Assembly (NCBI GenBank): GCA_963665235.2
Contig: CAXXLX010000002.1
Location: 416,001 to 480,000 of the forward strand
DNA: 64,000 nt
Direction of reading: 5' to 3'
DNA from: Candidatus Poribacteria bacterium
GTDB lineage: Bacteria > Poribacteria > WGA-4E > WGA-3G
Both the position numbers and the translations under genes were made by a program. The notes under the pieces were generated by a model, which saw nothing but the letters and a program-made list of their open reading frames with translations, was not told the origin of the DNA and made no database searches. Shown piece after piece: positions 51,406 to 62,231 of this stretch. Position 1 is the stretch's first letter. Every line of letters begins with the position of its first letter.

Positions 51406-52809
51406 ATGGTTTTCAGTTCACATATCTTCGTCTACTATTTTCTGCCGGTTGCATTGCTGTGCTACTACCTGCTCCCTCGGCGCGCCAAACACTTAGGACT
51501 GACCCTTTTAAGCTACCTTTTTTACGGTTGGGCAAACCCCCCGTTCGTCTTGTTGATGTTAACGTCAACGTTAATTGATTATACGTGCGGACGCGTTATC
51601 TCTACGAGCACGCGACCCCGTTCCCGAAAGGTGGCATTGACGGTCTCTATCTGTTCAAACCTATCGCTTTTAGGATTTTTTAAGTATTTCAACTTCGGCA
51701 TCGCAAACATAAACGCCTTTATGGGCTGGCTGGGTTTACCGATTTGGGAGAGTGTGCTTCAGGTTGTGCTACCGCTCGGAATCAGTTTTTACACCTTCCA
51801 GTCGATGAGTTATACGATTGATGTCTATCGTGGCGATGCGAAAGCCATTCGCAATTTTATCGATTTTGCCTGTTATGTGTCAATGTTTCCGCAGCTCGTC
51901 GCGGGACCAATCATTCGGTTTTCAGAAATTGCCACACAGCTGCAGCAACGGACACACACGTTGGCGAAATTCGCGCGCGGCATAACGTTCTTCTCGCTCG
52001 GTATGGTGAAGAAGGTTTTGCTTGCCAATCCGTGCGGCAAATGCGCTGATACAGTATTCGGGGCAGGGGTCGTCGGAACACTTGAGGCGTGGTACGGTGC
52101 AATCGCTTACGCCTTTCAACTCTATTTCGATTTTAGTGGGTATTCCGACATGGCAATCGGATTGGGATTGATGCTAGGGTTTACCTTTCCCAAGAACTTT
52201 GATTCCCCGTACCTCGCTGAATCTATCACAGAGTTCTGGCGGCGGTGGCATATTTCACTCTCCAGCTGGCTTCGCGATTACCTCTACATTCCGCTAGGCG
52301 GAAATCGGCGGGGTGCAACGCGGACGTACATCAACCTCGCCCTTGTCATGGGCCTCGGCGGTTTATGGCACGGTGCAGCGTGGAATTTCGTCTTATGGGG
52401 CAGCATTCACGGCGGCATGCTAGCACTCGAGCGGAAGCGGGAAAAACGCAGCGTTTACCAGACGTTGCCGAAACCCTTCCGCATCGCAGCAACGTTCCTG
52501 CTTGTGCTAATCGCATGGGTTTTCTTCCGAGCAGGTGATTTATCCCATGCAATTATGTACCTTCGATGCATGTTTAGCACAGTGCCCTCGCAACCAGCTA
52601 CCGATTTAATTGCAGGTGTGCTTTATCAACCCTATTACCTATTGACGATGTCTATAGCAGGTATTGTAGTCTGGTGTTTTCCGCAGACCTGGGATTGGAC
52701 ACAACAATTGACACCTGTCCGTGTTGGCATATCTCTAGTGCTGTTCGGGCTCTCTCTCGTCATCTTGTCAACACAGGCGTATAATCCGTTCATCTATTTC
52801 ATTTTTTAG
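51406..52809 (+). CDS. algI: MBOAT O-acyltransferase, AlgI-like
   Basis: LPLGISFYTFQ, FPQLVAGPI, DFSGYSDMA, FWRRWHISLS, GLWHGA. Confidence 0.93.
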   Translation: MVFSSHIFVYYFLPVALLCYYLLPRRAKHLGLTLLSYLFYGWANPPFVLLMLTSTLIDYTCGRVISTSTRPRSRKVALTVSICSNLSLLGFFKYFNFGIANINAFMGWLGLPIWESVLQVVLPLGISFYTFQSMSYTIDVYRGDAKAIRNFIDFACYVSMFPQLVAGPIIRFSEIATQLQQRTHTLAKFARGITFFSLGMVKKVLLANPCGKCADTVFGAGVVGTLEAWYGAIAYAFQLYFDFSGYSDMAIGLGLMLGFTFPKNFDSPYLAESITEFWRRWHISLSSWLRDYLYIPLGGNRRGATRTYINLALVMGLGGLWHGAAWNFVLWGSIHGGMLALERKREKRSVYQTLPKPFRIAATFLLVLIAWVFFRAGDLSHAIMYLRCMFSTVPSQPATDLIAGVLYQPYYLLTMSIAGIVVWCFPQTWDWTQQLTPVRVGISLVLFGLSLVILSTQAYNPFIYFIF

Positions 52810-52811
52810 CC

Positions 52812-54425
52812 ATGCAAAACTTCGCTAAACATCGCAGAGAGACCGCCGAGAAAGAACTCGGCAGCACACGTATCAGACGTAACGTGAGCGTAATCACACT
52901 CATCATTTTCGCACTAACCGTGCTATCTGTACCGTTCTGCCAATTTATCATTGCGCTCCACCGGGGCGAGACACCTCCCGTTTTTCACATTGCCAACCTG
53001 TTGCCTGTCCCGAGCCGTGAAGCAATTCAGACGTACGAGGACACATTAGAAGAGAAATCTGTTCTCACCGATTGGCTTTTGCCGGGTGTCCAGACAGTTT
53101 TGACGCGTCTGCTCCGCATTGGCAACGAACAGGTCTATTTGGGACGAGAAGGTTGGTTGTTCTATCGTGCTGACATAGATTCGCTAAGCGGCAAACGCCA
53201 TCATCAGGAGAACACCCGTTTTCAAGCACGCCAACAGACTGCACACGCAGCACAAGCGGACAATTCACATAATGCTGCCCTGACAGCGATTATCAATTTC
53301 AATCGTCAGTTAGAGATGTACGACATCAAACTCATTGTCCTGCCAACCCCCGTTAAACCGACAATCCATCCTGAGAAATTCTCTGCCCGCTACCGCGATG
53401 CTAAAGCACCGCTACACAGTCCAGCCTGTACAGCTTTTGTTGAAGCCCTTCTGTCCAACGATATTTTAGTATATCAACCATCAACACATCTCTTTGAAGC
53501 GGCACGTTCTGTTGACCAATATCTCAAGACAGACACACATTGGCGGCCGGAGGCGATGGAACGTGTCGCAAAACATTTCGCTGAATTCATTGCCGCGCAC
53601 GTTCAATTCAGCACCGCGCCAACACCGGGCTATACCTATACAGCTATCGAACTCGCCAACATCGGGGATATCGCGAAGATGCTGAAACTGCCAACACACC
53701 AAACCCTTTTCCCCCCGGAACACATTACATGCCGCGTCATCCGAACCGATTCGGGAGAACTGTGGCAACCAACACGTGAAGCAGAAATTCTGTTCCTCGG
53801 AGACAGCTTCAGCAATATCTACTCGCTCGCTGACATGGGATGGGGTGAATCCGCAGGATTTGTTGAACATCTCAGTGCTGCCCTCTCGCGACCGATTGAT
53901 AAAATTGTCATCAATGCAGGCGGCGCGCTTGCAACCCGCCAAGCTCTCATGCAGGAACTCAACCGGGGTGATAATCGACTAGCCGGCAAACGTGTACTTG
54001 TCTATCAGTTCGCAACGCGAGAACTTAGTGACGGCGACTGGAAATTACTACCGCTACCGACCCCAAATCAGAACATCAATGCGGCGACACCCAAAACCCA
54101 GTATGAAGAGATAACCGTCACCGCAACTATCAAGGCGAAGACGATGCCCCCTGCACCGAGAAGTGTACCGTATTCCGAATGCATCATCGCTCTTCATCTC
54201 GAAAATGTCAAAACACCTCAGCTTCCGAACGAGCTCGTTGTGTTCCTATGGGGTATGCGTCAAAACCGATGGACAGCGGCGACCGCATTCAAAGTAGGAC
54301 AACAGGTGAAATTAGACCTGCGCCCTTGGGTGTCGGTCGAATCAGATTACGACAGCTATTACCGCAAGGAGTTGGAAGATGAACAGACGTGGTTGCTAGA
54401 TATATATTGGGGAGAAATACCATGA
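52812..54425 (+). CDS. AlgX/AlgJ-family O-acetyltransferase with C-terminal beta domain
   Basis: GREGWLFY, KTDTHW, LGDSF. Confidence 0.85.
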   Translation: MQNFAKHRRETAEKELGSTRIRRNVSVITLIIFALTVLSVPFCQFIIALHRGETPPVFHIANLLPVPSREAIQTYEDTLEEKSVLTDWLLPGVQTVLTRLLRIGNEQVYLGREGWLFYRADIDSLSGKRHHQENTRFQARQQTAHAAQADNSHNAALTAIINFNRQLEMYDIKLIVLPTPVKPTIHPEKFSARYRDAKAPLHSPACTAFVEALLSNDILVYQPSTHLFEAARSVDQYLKTDTHWRPEAMERVAKHFAEFIAAHVQFSTAPTPGYTYTAIELANIGDIAKMLKLPTHQTLFPPEHITCRVIRTDSGELWQPTREAEILFLGDSFSNIYSLADMGWGESAGFVEHLSAALSRPIDKIVINAGGALATRQALMQELNRGDNRLAGKRVLVYQFATRELSDGDWKLLPLPTPNQNINAATPKTQYEEITVTATIKAKTMPPAPRSVPYSECIIALHLENVKTPQLPNELVVFLWGMRQNRWTAATAFKVGQQVKLDLRPWVSVESDYDSYYRKELEDEQTWLLDIYWGEIP

Positions 54426-55456
54426 TATCCATGAAAAAATTGCTACTACTTATGTGCTTTCTCGTTTGGCACGTCAACCCCGCTTTATCTGAAGTGGACC
54501 TTTTCAGGGAAATGTGTGCTGAAAAAGCGGCCCAAGCAGCAGCACAGAAAACAACTGTTGTCCTCGGACAGGAGGGGTGGCTGTTTTACGCCCCTGAACT
54601 GCGGTCTCTGAGCGTCCGACAATTTTGGGGAGAAGCCGCCAAGAAGGTGAACAGGACACCGAACCCTGAATTTGCCGACCCGCTTCCTGCTATTCTTGAC
54701 TTCAAAGCACAATTGGACAGGGCAGGCATCACACTGATTTTTGTCCCGATACCCGCAAAAGCCACTATCTATCCAGATAAAGTCGGAGACGAACGCCGCA
54801 AGGTTTCCGAAACCGAGCGGACCGATGAATATCATCTAAAATTCTACGACATTTTACGAAAACAGGGGGTGAACGTGCTGGATTTAACGCCTATTTTCCT
54901 CCAAAATCGGTTTACCGATGCTGGGCCCCTATACTGTAAGCAGGATACACATTGGTCCGGGCAGGGGAGTGTTCTCGCAGCGGAAGCTATTGCTAAAACC
55001 ATCGGCATGCCCCCCTGGATGGATGAAATTCCAAAACGCAAGACAACAACTGAGACGCGCACCCTTGAAATCATCGGTGACCTCTGGTTGGAACTACGGG
55101 ATAAGAATTTACAGAAGGAGAAATTACAGCTTGTGTATGTCAAACACAATAACACGGCTCCGTTAGGTGTGTCATGGCGAGCAAGCCCGGTCGTACTCTT
55201 GGGGGATAGTCATAACCTTGTTTTTCACAAGGGCAGTGGTATGCACGCGCAGGGAGCGGGGTTACCGGACCATCTTGCACATCAACTCGGATTTCCTGTA
55301 GATGTAGTGGCGGTTCGTCGCTCCGGGGCAACGTTATCGCGATTGAACCTATTTCGACGTTCCGATAACCTGAACGGAAAACGGGTAGTTGTCTGGTGTC
55401 TGAGCGTACGAGAATTTACCGAGGAAGGGTGGCGAAAAATACCGGTCATTCGATAG
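54422..55456 (+). CDS. AlgX/AlgJ-family O-acetyltransferase
   Basis: GQEGWLFY, KQDTHW, LGDSH; ATGA-coupled to the previous gene. Confidence 0.85.
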   Translation: MISMKKLLLLMCFLVWHVNPALSEVDLFREMCAEKAAQAAAQKTTVVLGQEGWLFYAPELRSLSVRQFWGEAAKKVNRTPNPEFADPLPAILDFKAQLDRAGITLIFVPIPAKATIYPDKVGDERRKVSETERTDEYHLKFYDILRKQGVNVLDLTPIFLQNRFTDAGPLYCKQDTHWSGQGSVLAAEAIAKTIGMPPWMDEIPKRKTTTETRTLEIIGDLWLELRDKNLQKEKLQLVYVKHNNTAPLGVSWRASPVVLLGDSHNLVFHKGSGMHAQGAGLPDHLAHQLGFPVDVVAVRRSGATLSRLNLFRRSDNLNGKRVVVWCLSVREFTEEGWRKIPVIR

Positions 55457-55535
55457 TCAATTAGCAAATAGCGATTAGCAATTGGCGAATGGCAAGAGTC
55501 TTTCTTACCTATAGCCAACAACTAATCGCAATAGC

Positions 55536-56282
55536 TTACTCAATCTCGTAAACTACACTGACATTCACGGTAACAGTAAGTTCGCCAGGTGAAATAGGTG
55601 TAGGCGTGCGTCCAGCATCCGCATCCAAAGCTGCATCCTCAGCGTAAGCGATTGGCGGACCGGAGGTGTATGTCGTTTCTGTAATTGTAATAGGTTTTCC
55701 GAGCCTAACGCCGCCTGCATCTGCTAAGGTTTCTGCTTTCGCTTCGGCATTCTTCATTGCCAAGCTACGCGCCTGTGCTTGTAAAGGTGTGGGGTCTTCA
55801 ATCGAGAATTGAATAGAGTTTATAACAACGCTATCGCCTCCGCCTTCAGCAGCATCGTCAATTATCTTGCTAAGCGTATCCAGGTCTAACACCTTTGCAC
55901 TGACGGTGTTGCTCACATTGTAGCCGCGAAGCACACGTCCGTTTTCCGTGTAGTCGTACTGCGGATAGATGCTGAAGTTCCTCGTTTTAATGTCATCTTC
56001 AGCAACGCCGTTGGTTTTGAGGGACTTTACCACCGCTGTCATCGCGCTGGCCGCATCTTCACGGGCCTCCGCTACAGTCTTTCTCAATACGGATACACCT
56101 AAATTGAGCGTTGCCATATCCGGTTCACCAACGACTGAACCGCTCCCGTTCACATTGATAGTTCTATCTGTTGAATTGCCTAGCGGCCACGTCAGCGTTG
56201 ATGAGAGATTTGTATCACAAGCACTGAGGGTTATAACCAGCAGCGCGCTGAGTATTAATAATGCAAAATTAAATTTCTTCAT
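55536..56282 (-). CDS. SIMPL/DUF541 lipoprotein
   Basis: LSAC lipobox; INVNGSGSV...PDMA, ARSLAMKNAEAKAETLA, ISPGELTV. Confidence 0.9.
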   Translation of the reverse strand: MKKFNFALLILSALLVITLSACDTNLSSTLTWPLGNSTDRTINVNGSGSVVGEPDMATLNLGVSVLRKTVAEAREDAASAMTAVVKSLKTNGVAEDDIKTRNFSIYPQYDYTENGRVLRGYNVSNTVSAKVLDLDTLSKIIDDAAEGGGDSVVINSIQFSIEDPTPLQAQARSLAMKNAEAKAETLADAGGVRLGKPITITETTYTSGPPIAYAEDAALDADAGRTPTPISPGELTVTVNVSVVYEIE

Positions 56283-56296
56283 TACAATTTCCTTTC

Positions 56297-57271
56297 CTAC
56301 TCTACGGGAGTCGGTGTCTCCGTTTCTGGCGGAATTACCTTCTCCGCGAGGGTTTCAGATTTCTTTATTAACCTATCGACATTTGATTTGAATAACATAA
56401 AAACTGTATCTTTATCGCTGCTTTTGACATAAAGTTTGCCACCTTCCTCTTTTCCGATATGCAGCGTTCGGATTGAACCGTCATTGAGACGTGCGGTAAT
56501 GGAGGAGGTGGGGGCATCTAAACCGTATTCGGCAAGCTCGTTCTCCGCTGCGAAATCATCGGCTGTCAATTGACTAAAGGTAGTAAGCAGATTATCAATC
56601 TCGGTTTGGATAACACCGGAAGCAACCGGTTTGAGCAGCTGCCATCTGTTTTCAGCATCTCGGTGCAGCTCCACCGTCTCCTCCGGTGAGGTGATGTTAA
56701 TCTGTGTAACGATATCCTTGTTAAACTTGAAGATAGTCCGCTCTTTCCAGGTTCGCGTGCCTTTGTCAAAAATGCCTTGTAGATAACCCTGTGCTGTATA
56801 GACATCGTTGGAATCGGCGACGCGTACGTAGCTGCTCAAGAAACCGGGGGTATTTTTTCCGACAAAGAGATGTGCCAACATTTTATCGTTTGCATCCATC
56901 AATTTCGCTTCAACCCCGGTGCTATCGACCCCGAATTCGGCTCGGTTTTTCGGGTTATCAGAGACGCGGTTGGCATTGTCAAATTCTGCCACTTTAGTCA
57001 ACAACTCATCAACGCTTTCACTATCTGCGGGGTAGTTGTCCATAGAGGCGACGAGCCACTGCCCGGTCTGCTTTGAGAGGAGTGTGGTTTCCGCTTTAGC
57101 AATAATTTCTATTTTTGTAACCTGCCCCTTATCAAAATCCGGAAAGAGGGAGGTTGCCTCTTCGACCTTCTTTTGATACTCACTTTTCTGAAAAGGGTTC
57201 TCCAAAATCAGGACAAGAAGTAAGAGCACAACAAAAACGCCGCCTAAAATCAGTAGTTGCTTTTTTTTCAT
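56297..57271 (-). CDS. DUF4340 domain protein
   Basis: N-terminal TM; two repeated units (EFGVD / EYGLD); in the Gld-like ABC operon. Confidence 0.8.
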   Translation of the reverse strand: MKKKQLLILGGVFVVLLLLVLILENPFQKSEYQKKVEEATSLFPDFDKGQVTKIEIIAKAETTLLSKQTGQWLVASMDNYPADSESVDELLTKVAEFDNANRVSDNPKNRAEFGVDSTGVEAKLMDANDKMLAHLFVGKNTPGFLSSYVRVADSNDVYTAQGYLQGIFDKGTRTWKERTIFKFNKDIVTQINITSPEETVELHRDAENRWQLLKPVASGVIQTEIDNLLTTFSQLTADDFAAENELAEYGLDAPTSSITARLNDGSIRTLHIGKEEGGKLYVKSSDKDTVFMLFKSNVDRLIKKSETLAEKVIPPETETPTPVE

Positions 57272-57272
57272 C

Positions 57273-58919
57273 TTAAATCCGCGAACCGTAGGTTACTACC
57301 AACCGTTTCACCCTCCTTTTTAACAAGTACCGGATTAACCCGAAGATAACGACTAGCAGTGGAATGCCAGCAGTACAGAAGTATTTGATGAAATTTTTCT
57401 CAAAACCTGAAGCATCTTTTAGCGGTCTGTCGGTGATAGCCCGTGAACGGATACCGATGAGTGTATCGCCGAGGGTTAACCAATCCACACTGTTTGAGAA
57501 AAATTTGACACTGTGGTCGTTAAGTTGTGTGAGGAATTGTGCTGTTCCGACAACGATAATCTGCGTTTCGGCACTTTCAGTTATCGTTGTCCGCTCTGTA
57601 GTATCTTGTGTCGGCTCGGGGTTGTCTTTTTCGGTTTCACTCCCAGCCCCCGTTGTCGAGGCTACCTGTGGAATCTCTTTATTGACATAGAAGCTTTTGA
57701 ACTTGCCTGCTAAAGCCACTGCAACGGTATAAGCTTGCAACTCCGCATTCGGCGGAAAGGGTGTCCCCGGCATTAGGTTGTAAACCCCTTGGGCACTCTG
57801 TCCAAATTCACTCGTTTTTACTAACGGGGTTGCCGTGATACCTTCTACTGTCAGAATTTCTAAAGAACTGGTCCAGGGTAAGGTCAACGTTTCCAATAGA
57901 CTCGTGATAGTGTGTTCTTTGGAGAAATTCTGCTTAGCTATCTTAACAAAATAGGGATAAGGTTGCACAAAGGTCACCCGTCCCTGCTGTAGCCGGACAT
58001 TGTCGTGAAATCTACGGTCGGCAATTAAGTTATTTCCGAGTTTGACCCCGTAATGTTCAAGGAGGTCGTTCAAACCGGTACTAAGCGGGGTCCCCTGAAG
58101 CGTTTGCGATTGCATCGTAATGGAATCCACTAGGAAAATGGTTCTACCACCACGCATGATAAATTGGTCAATTTCATATTTCTCGCGTTCTGTCAACGCC
58201 CGTTTCGGACCGGCGACAACCAACGTTGTCACAGATTCGTCAACCGGCTTACCTGTTTGCAAGTCAACGGTGGTAAGGTTATATTGCCCTTGGGCGTTTT
58301 TATCCAGGAGCCGACGAAGATCTTGATTCCCTGGAGTCTGCGCGTTGATATCGTATTCATCGTGTCCAGTCAAAAATCCGACCGTTTTCGTCTCCTTCGT
58401 CGTCACCTTCAGAATTGCGGAGGTGAGTTGATATTCCAAGTTAGCAGTTGATTGCACAATCGGCAGAACTTCCTCTTTACCGCTGTAACCGACAGAAATC
58501 GCCATATAGACGTTCGCTATCTCCACCTTGTCTTTCCTATAAACATTGATTCGGTTCTCAGAAATCCCTTTAAACCGAAGCTCCTGTTTCTGAGCATCGT
58601 CAAAATCCGCCGGGTCAATAAAATCTATCTGGAGTTTTTGTGAGAACGCTTTATACTCATCCAAAATATCTCTAACATCCCGCTGGATTTTTGCGACCTC
58701 CGCGAGTTCTGTAGAAAAGTAAGCGGTGATAGTCACAATATCGTCAAGTCCCTTAATAAGATTTTTGGTCGATTTTGAGACGGTATAACGTTTATCCTCG
58801 GTGAGGTCAGCCCGTAAAAAACGACGCGTGGAGAGAAAATTTATCAGCACGAGAATACCGAGGATGATTGCTATAAATGCAACGGTATTGGTACCGTACC
58901 TAATCTGTTTACTAGCCAA
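57273..58919 (-). CDS. GldG-like ABC auxiliary protein
   Basis: DLTEDKRYTVS, FLTGHDE, VAGPK, IDQFIMRGG. Confidence 0.85.
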   Translation of the reverse strand: MASKQIRYGTNTVAFIAIILGILVLINFLSTRRFLRADLTEDKRYTVSKSTKNLIKGLDDIVTITAYFSTELAEVAKIQRDVRDILDEYKAFSQKLQIDFIDPADFDDAQKQELRFKGISENRINVYRKDKVEIANVYMAISVGYSGKEEVLPIVQSTANLEYQLTSAILKVTTKETKTVGFLTGHDEYDINAQTPGNQDLRRLLDKNAQGQYNLTTVDLQTGKPVDESVTTLVVAGPKRALTEREKYEIDQFIMRGGRTIFLVDSITMQSQTLQGTPLSTGLNDLLEHYGVKLGNNLIADRRFHDNVRLQQGRVTFVQPYPYFVKIAKQNFSKEHTITSLLETLTLPWTSSLEILTVEGITATPLVKTSEFGQSAQGVYNLMPGTPFPPNAELQAYTVAVALAGKFKSFYVNKEIPQVASTTGAGSETEKDNPEPTQDTTERTTITESAETQIIVVGTAQFLTQLNDHSVKFFSNSVDWLTLGDTLIGIRSRAITDRPLKDASGFEKNFIKYFCTAGIPLLVVIFGLIRYLLKRRVKRLVVTYGSRI

Positions 58920-58938
58920 AACATTTACCCTCCTTATC

Positions 58939-59655
58939 TTAACGCCATTTGCGGCTTTCAACCGACAAAGTGCTTAAATACAGAAAAAACCCGATGATGG
59001 AAAGATAGTAGATAATATCACGAGAATCAATCACACCCCGCAGAATACTGCTATAATGTGCACCGAGACCGAGATAGCTAAAAATTGGAAATAACCAATC
59101 CGGCGTACTGAAAAGCACAATATCTTCACCGATAATCAGCAACCCAAAGCAAGCAGTTATCCCTAAAATAAACGCAACAATCTGGTTTTCTGTCAACGTC
59201 GACGTAAACAACCCTATTGCCAGATATGCCCCACCCATCAATAGCAGACCGATATAACCACATACAAGCGTACCGCCATCTGGGTCGCCCAAGTAGATAA
59301 CCGAAAGGGGCAGGACAAGCGAAAAGAGTGCTGTTATCGCGAGCAGTCCGAAGCTTGCAAGAAATTTTCCTAGCACCACCTCATAATCCCGAATCGGTAG
59401 GGTCATGAGGATTTCTGCTGTTCCGATTTTCTTCTCTTCAGCCCAGAGCTTCATTGTTACGGCGGGAATAAAAAAGAGAAATATCCACGGCATTAGCCCG
59501 AAAAATCCCCGCATTTCCGCTTGGTTGTTGATGAAAAAAGCTCGGAAAAAGAGCCACGAAGATATCGCGAGGAAAAATGTGATGAAAATATATGCAATAG
59601 GGGAATTGAAATAACTTCTTAATTCCTTCTTGAAAATGGCGTTGATGTTTTGCAT
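58939..59655 (-). CDS. GldF-like ABC permease
   Basis: KELRSYFNSPIAY, AEEKKIGT, LGKFLA, TENQIVA. Confidence 0.9.
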   Translation of the reverse strand: MQNINAIFKKELRSYFNSPIAYIFITFFLAISSWLFFRAFFINNQAEMRGFFGLMPWIFLFFIPAVTMKLWAEEKKIGTAEILMTLPIRDYEVVLGKFLASFGLLAITALFSLVLPLSVIYLGDPDGGTLVCGYIGLLLMGGAYLAIGLFTSTLTENQIVAFILGITACFGLLIIGEDIVLFSTPDWLFPIFSYLGLGAHYSSILRGVIDSRDIIYYLSIIGFFLYLSTLSVESRKWR

Positions 59656-59695
59656 AATCTCTATGTTTGTATACGCGACACGCGGTTATAGAAAA

Positions 59696-59848
59696 ACGCG
59701 AGTTTGAAAAAAGTTTTGACCTAGAGCGTTCTCTGGTAGTTTTAGCAAAAAACTGCACAAACTAGGAAGTATGTGCTACAATGATGCTGCTTTTTTCTCG
59801 GTGAAAAAGGTTTAGAGCAAACGGATATTTATTATCAAGCTCACGTTA
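59696..59848. mobile_element. Short MITE family B copy (inverted)
   Basis: TATTATCAAGCTCACGTTA is the reverse complement of 37348; ACGCGAGTTTGAAAAAAGTTTT matches the 30125-30147 end. Confidence 0.6.
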
Positions 59849-59862
59849 GAAAAGCGAAAATG

Positions 59863-60876
59863 TTACGCTGAGGAGTCATTTGTAGAATCCTCTGTAGCGG
59901 CTGTTTCACTTACTGGTTCCGGTGTAGGCGCAGTTTCCCTAACCTGACCGGCAGTAAAGTGGAGGAATACCTGCTCCAAATCTACAGATTCTTGGCGGAG
60001 TTCAGTTAAACGCCACCCATTTTGTACAACACTATCGAAAAGCGTTTCCGCAGCATTTTCACTTCCGTGTGCTGCTGTGATTTCATAGCTAACTACGTTA
60101 TCGTCTGTTTCGACATGCGTCCAACTAGCAATGTCCGTTAACGTATCTAGTTTTGCTGTAATTGCCTCTTCCGGCCCCTGTATAGCAACGTGCAGCTTCC
60201 CTTCACTCCGTACCTGGCTGACGAGTTCCGTTAACGTCCCGTTTGCAACCAGCTCCCCGTGGTTGATAATAAGGATGCGACTACAGGTAGCCGCCACCTC
60301 CGGCAGGATATGTGTACTGAAAAGCACCAGCTTCTCTTGCCCAATATCCTTAATCAGGTTACGAATCTCAATCGTTTGACTCGGGTCTAGTCCGGAGGTA
60401 GGTTCATCTAGAATCAGAATAGGCGGGTCGTGAATGAGACTTTGCGCCAAGCCGACGCGTTGGCGATACCCTTTAGAAAGTTCACCGATGTCCTTCTGAA
60501 TAACACCCTCAAGGCCACAGATTTCAACGACAGCCTTTAATCGCTCACGCCGTTGGCTTTTTGGAATATCTCTAATCTCTGTCATAAACTTGAGGTATTC
60601 AACAACGCCCATATCTGCATAGAGCGGCGCACTCTCAGGGAGGTACCCGACGTTCTTTCGGACATCAATTGAATGTTCAAGCACATCGTAACCGGCAACG
60701 GTCGCGCTTCCCGCATCAGCAATAAGGTAACACGTCAGGATACGCATCGTCGTCGTCTTTCCTGCCCCGTTAGGTCCGATGAATCCTATGACTTCTCCAG
60801 CCTGTGCTTCAAAAGAGACCTGATTGACGGCAAGAGTTGGGCCGTAAGATTTTGTAAGTTCTTTAACTTCAATCAT
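59863..60876 (-). CDS. GldA-like ABC ATP-binding protein
   Basis: GPNGAGKTT, LSKGYRQR, ILDEPTSGLD, STH. Confidence 0.93.
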   Translation of the reverse strand: MIEVKELTKSYGPTLAVNQVSFEAQAGEVIGFIGPNGAGKTTTMRILTCYLIADAGSATVAGYDVLEHSIDVRKNVGYLPESAPLYADMGVVEYLKFMTEIRDIPKSQRRERLKAVVEICGLEGVIQKDIGELSKGYRQRVGLAQSLIHDPPILILDEPTSGLDPSQTIEIRNLIKDIGQEKLVLFSTHILPEVAATCSRILIINHGELVANGTLTELVSQVRSEGKLHVAIQGPEEAITAKLDTLTDIASWTHVETDDNVVSYEITAAHGSENAAETLFDSVVQNGWRLTELRQESVDLEQVFLHFTAGQVRETAPTPEPVSETAATEDSTNDSSA

Positions 60877-60991
60877 TATTTTTTCAGTGAGCGAGAGGTG
60901 TGCCTCCCGAAGTTCGTTTTGTTTTTTTAAGGTGTAAAAAACCTTAAAAAATAATGATAACATAAAATTTAAAAAATGTCAAGAAAAAAAA

Positions 60992-62209
60992 TTATGCCAT
61001 TTCGTTTGGGGAAAATTTTGCTGCAAAAATTGTCAACCGTAATTCTTCGTCAAACATTTCATAGACAGGCATTTTGCCGCTGAGTGCTTCACTTTCGTTC
61101 AAGATGATACCAACACCTTCGCCGCGCCGTTCCAAAAAATGACGGCGGATAACCTGCTTTTCCACATCATCGTCTAAGCTAATTTCCGAAAGCAATCGCG
61201 CAAGCAGCTCATTACGTGTGGCTTGGCTATACCGTAAATTATCTACCGTCAATGTATTTGCTAATGCCCCTGGGGAATAGAGCTCAAGCCTGTCAGCGAA
61301 TAGAAATAGACGAATTTTCGAGCCTGTTTTTGAATAATCTCTATGCACCACCGCGTTGACGATAGCCTCAAAAACGGCGCGCATACTGTATTGCGGCAGG
61401 TCTATTCTACCAATTTCCTTACGTGCCGAAACTGCGTTATACCTTTCAACGAATTTCAACGTGTGCAAAATCTGCCAATCCAGCGGCCCTCTGAAATCCT
61501 TAGCATCAAGTTGGTAATTGGCATCCATTTCTGTGCCGTTGTAAAAGACCGCGTGAATATAACTGTTGTAGAGATAAGCCTCCGGTCTGTCATGACACAT
61601 CAAAATACCGGCAACAGATGCCCGGTTTTCCTGCCCCTCCTTGACGAGCAAACGTCTTTTCAGCAGTAGATTTTCTATGTCATCCTCACTCGCCGCTTCT
61701 GTGATAAATCGCTGATAGAGGTCTCTCCGCAATGTCTCTTTATCGGTATTCGGCACGAATTGTTCATCGAAAGCGATGATACGGGCCTGTGAACGTTGCT
61801 GAAATAACCTCGCTAACTGTTCAGGAGGCATCTCTCTTTTGCTACTCCCCTGACGAATAAAATAACCGTTTGCTGTTTTGTGAACAAATAGACTTTTCGG
61901 CACCCCTATTTTCAACAGGTTTTTATTGTCGAACCGTAGTTTTTCAGTGTGGATAAGCACCAGGGGCTCAATGCTGTCTTGACATATTTCAACGACTCTC
62001 TTTTCAACGGCATCTAATTCTTGCCGGGCAATACCGACAATTTCACCAGAGTCGTCGACCCCGATGAGGATAACGCCACCGCTTGTGTTGGCAAAAGCTG
62101 CGATTTCGTCAGCGAGACTCTGTCTGTGCGGTATTTCCCTTTTCAATTCAAGCCTTGTGTCTTCACCGAGCGATATTTTTTCTATGAGTTCGGTCAAACT
62201 GTCGGACAT
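60992..62209 (-). CDS. Schlafen/AlbA_2 + HATPase_c_4 protein
   Basis: EDTRLELK, AAFANTSGGVILIGVDD, EAIVNAVVHRDY, SPG. Confidence 0.88.
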   Translation of the reverse strand: MSDSLTELIEKISLGEDTRLELKREIPHRQSLADEIAAFANTSGGVILIGVDDSGEIVGIARQELDAVEKRVVEICQDSIEPLVLIHTEKLRFDNKNLLKIGVPKSLFVHKTANGYFIRQGSSKREMPPEQLARLFQQRSQARIIAFDEQFVPNTDKETLRRDLYQRFITEAASEDDIENLLLKRRLLVKEGQENRASVAGILMCHDRPEAYLYNSYIHAVFYNGTEMDANYQLDAKDFRGPLDWQILHTLKFVERYNAVSARKEIGRIDLPQYSMRAVFEAIVNAVVHRDYSKTGSKIRLFLFADRLELYSPGALANTLTVDNLRYSQATRNELLARLLSEISLDDDVEKQVIRRHFLERRGEGVGIILNESEALSGKMPVYEMFDEELRLTIFAAKFSPNEMA

Positions 62210-62231
62210 CGCATCTTTTCTCTCTCAGTTG

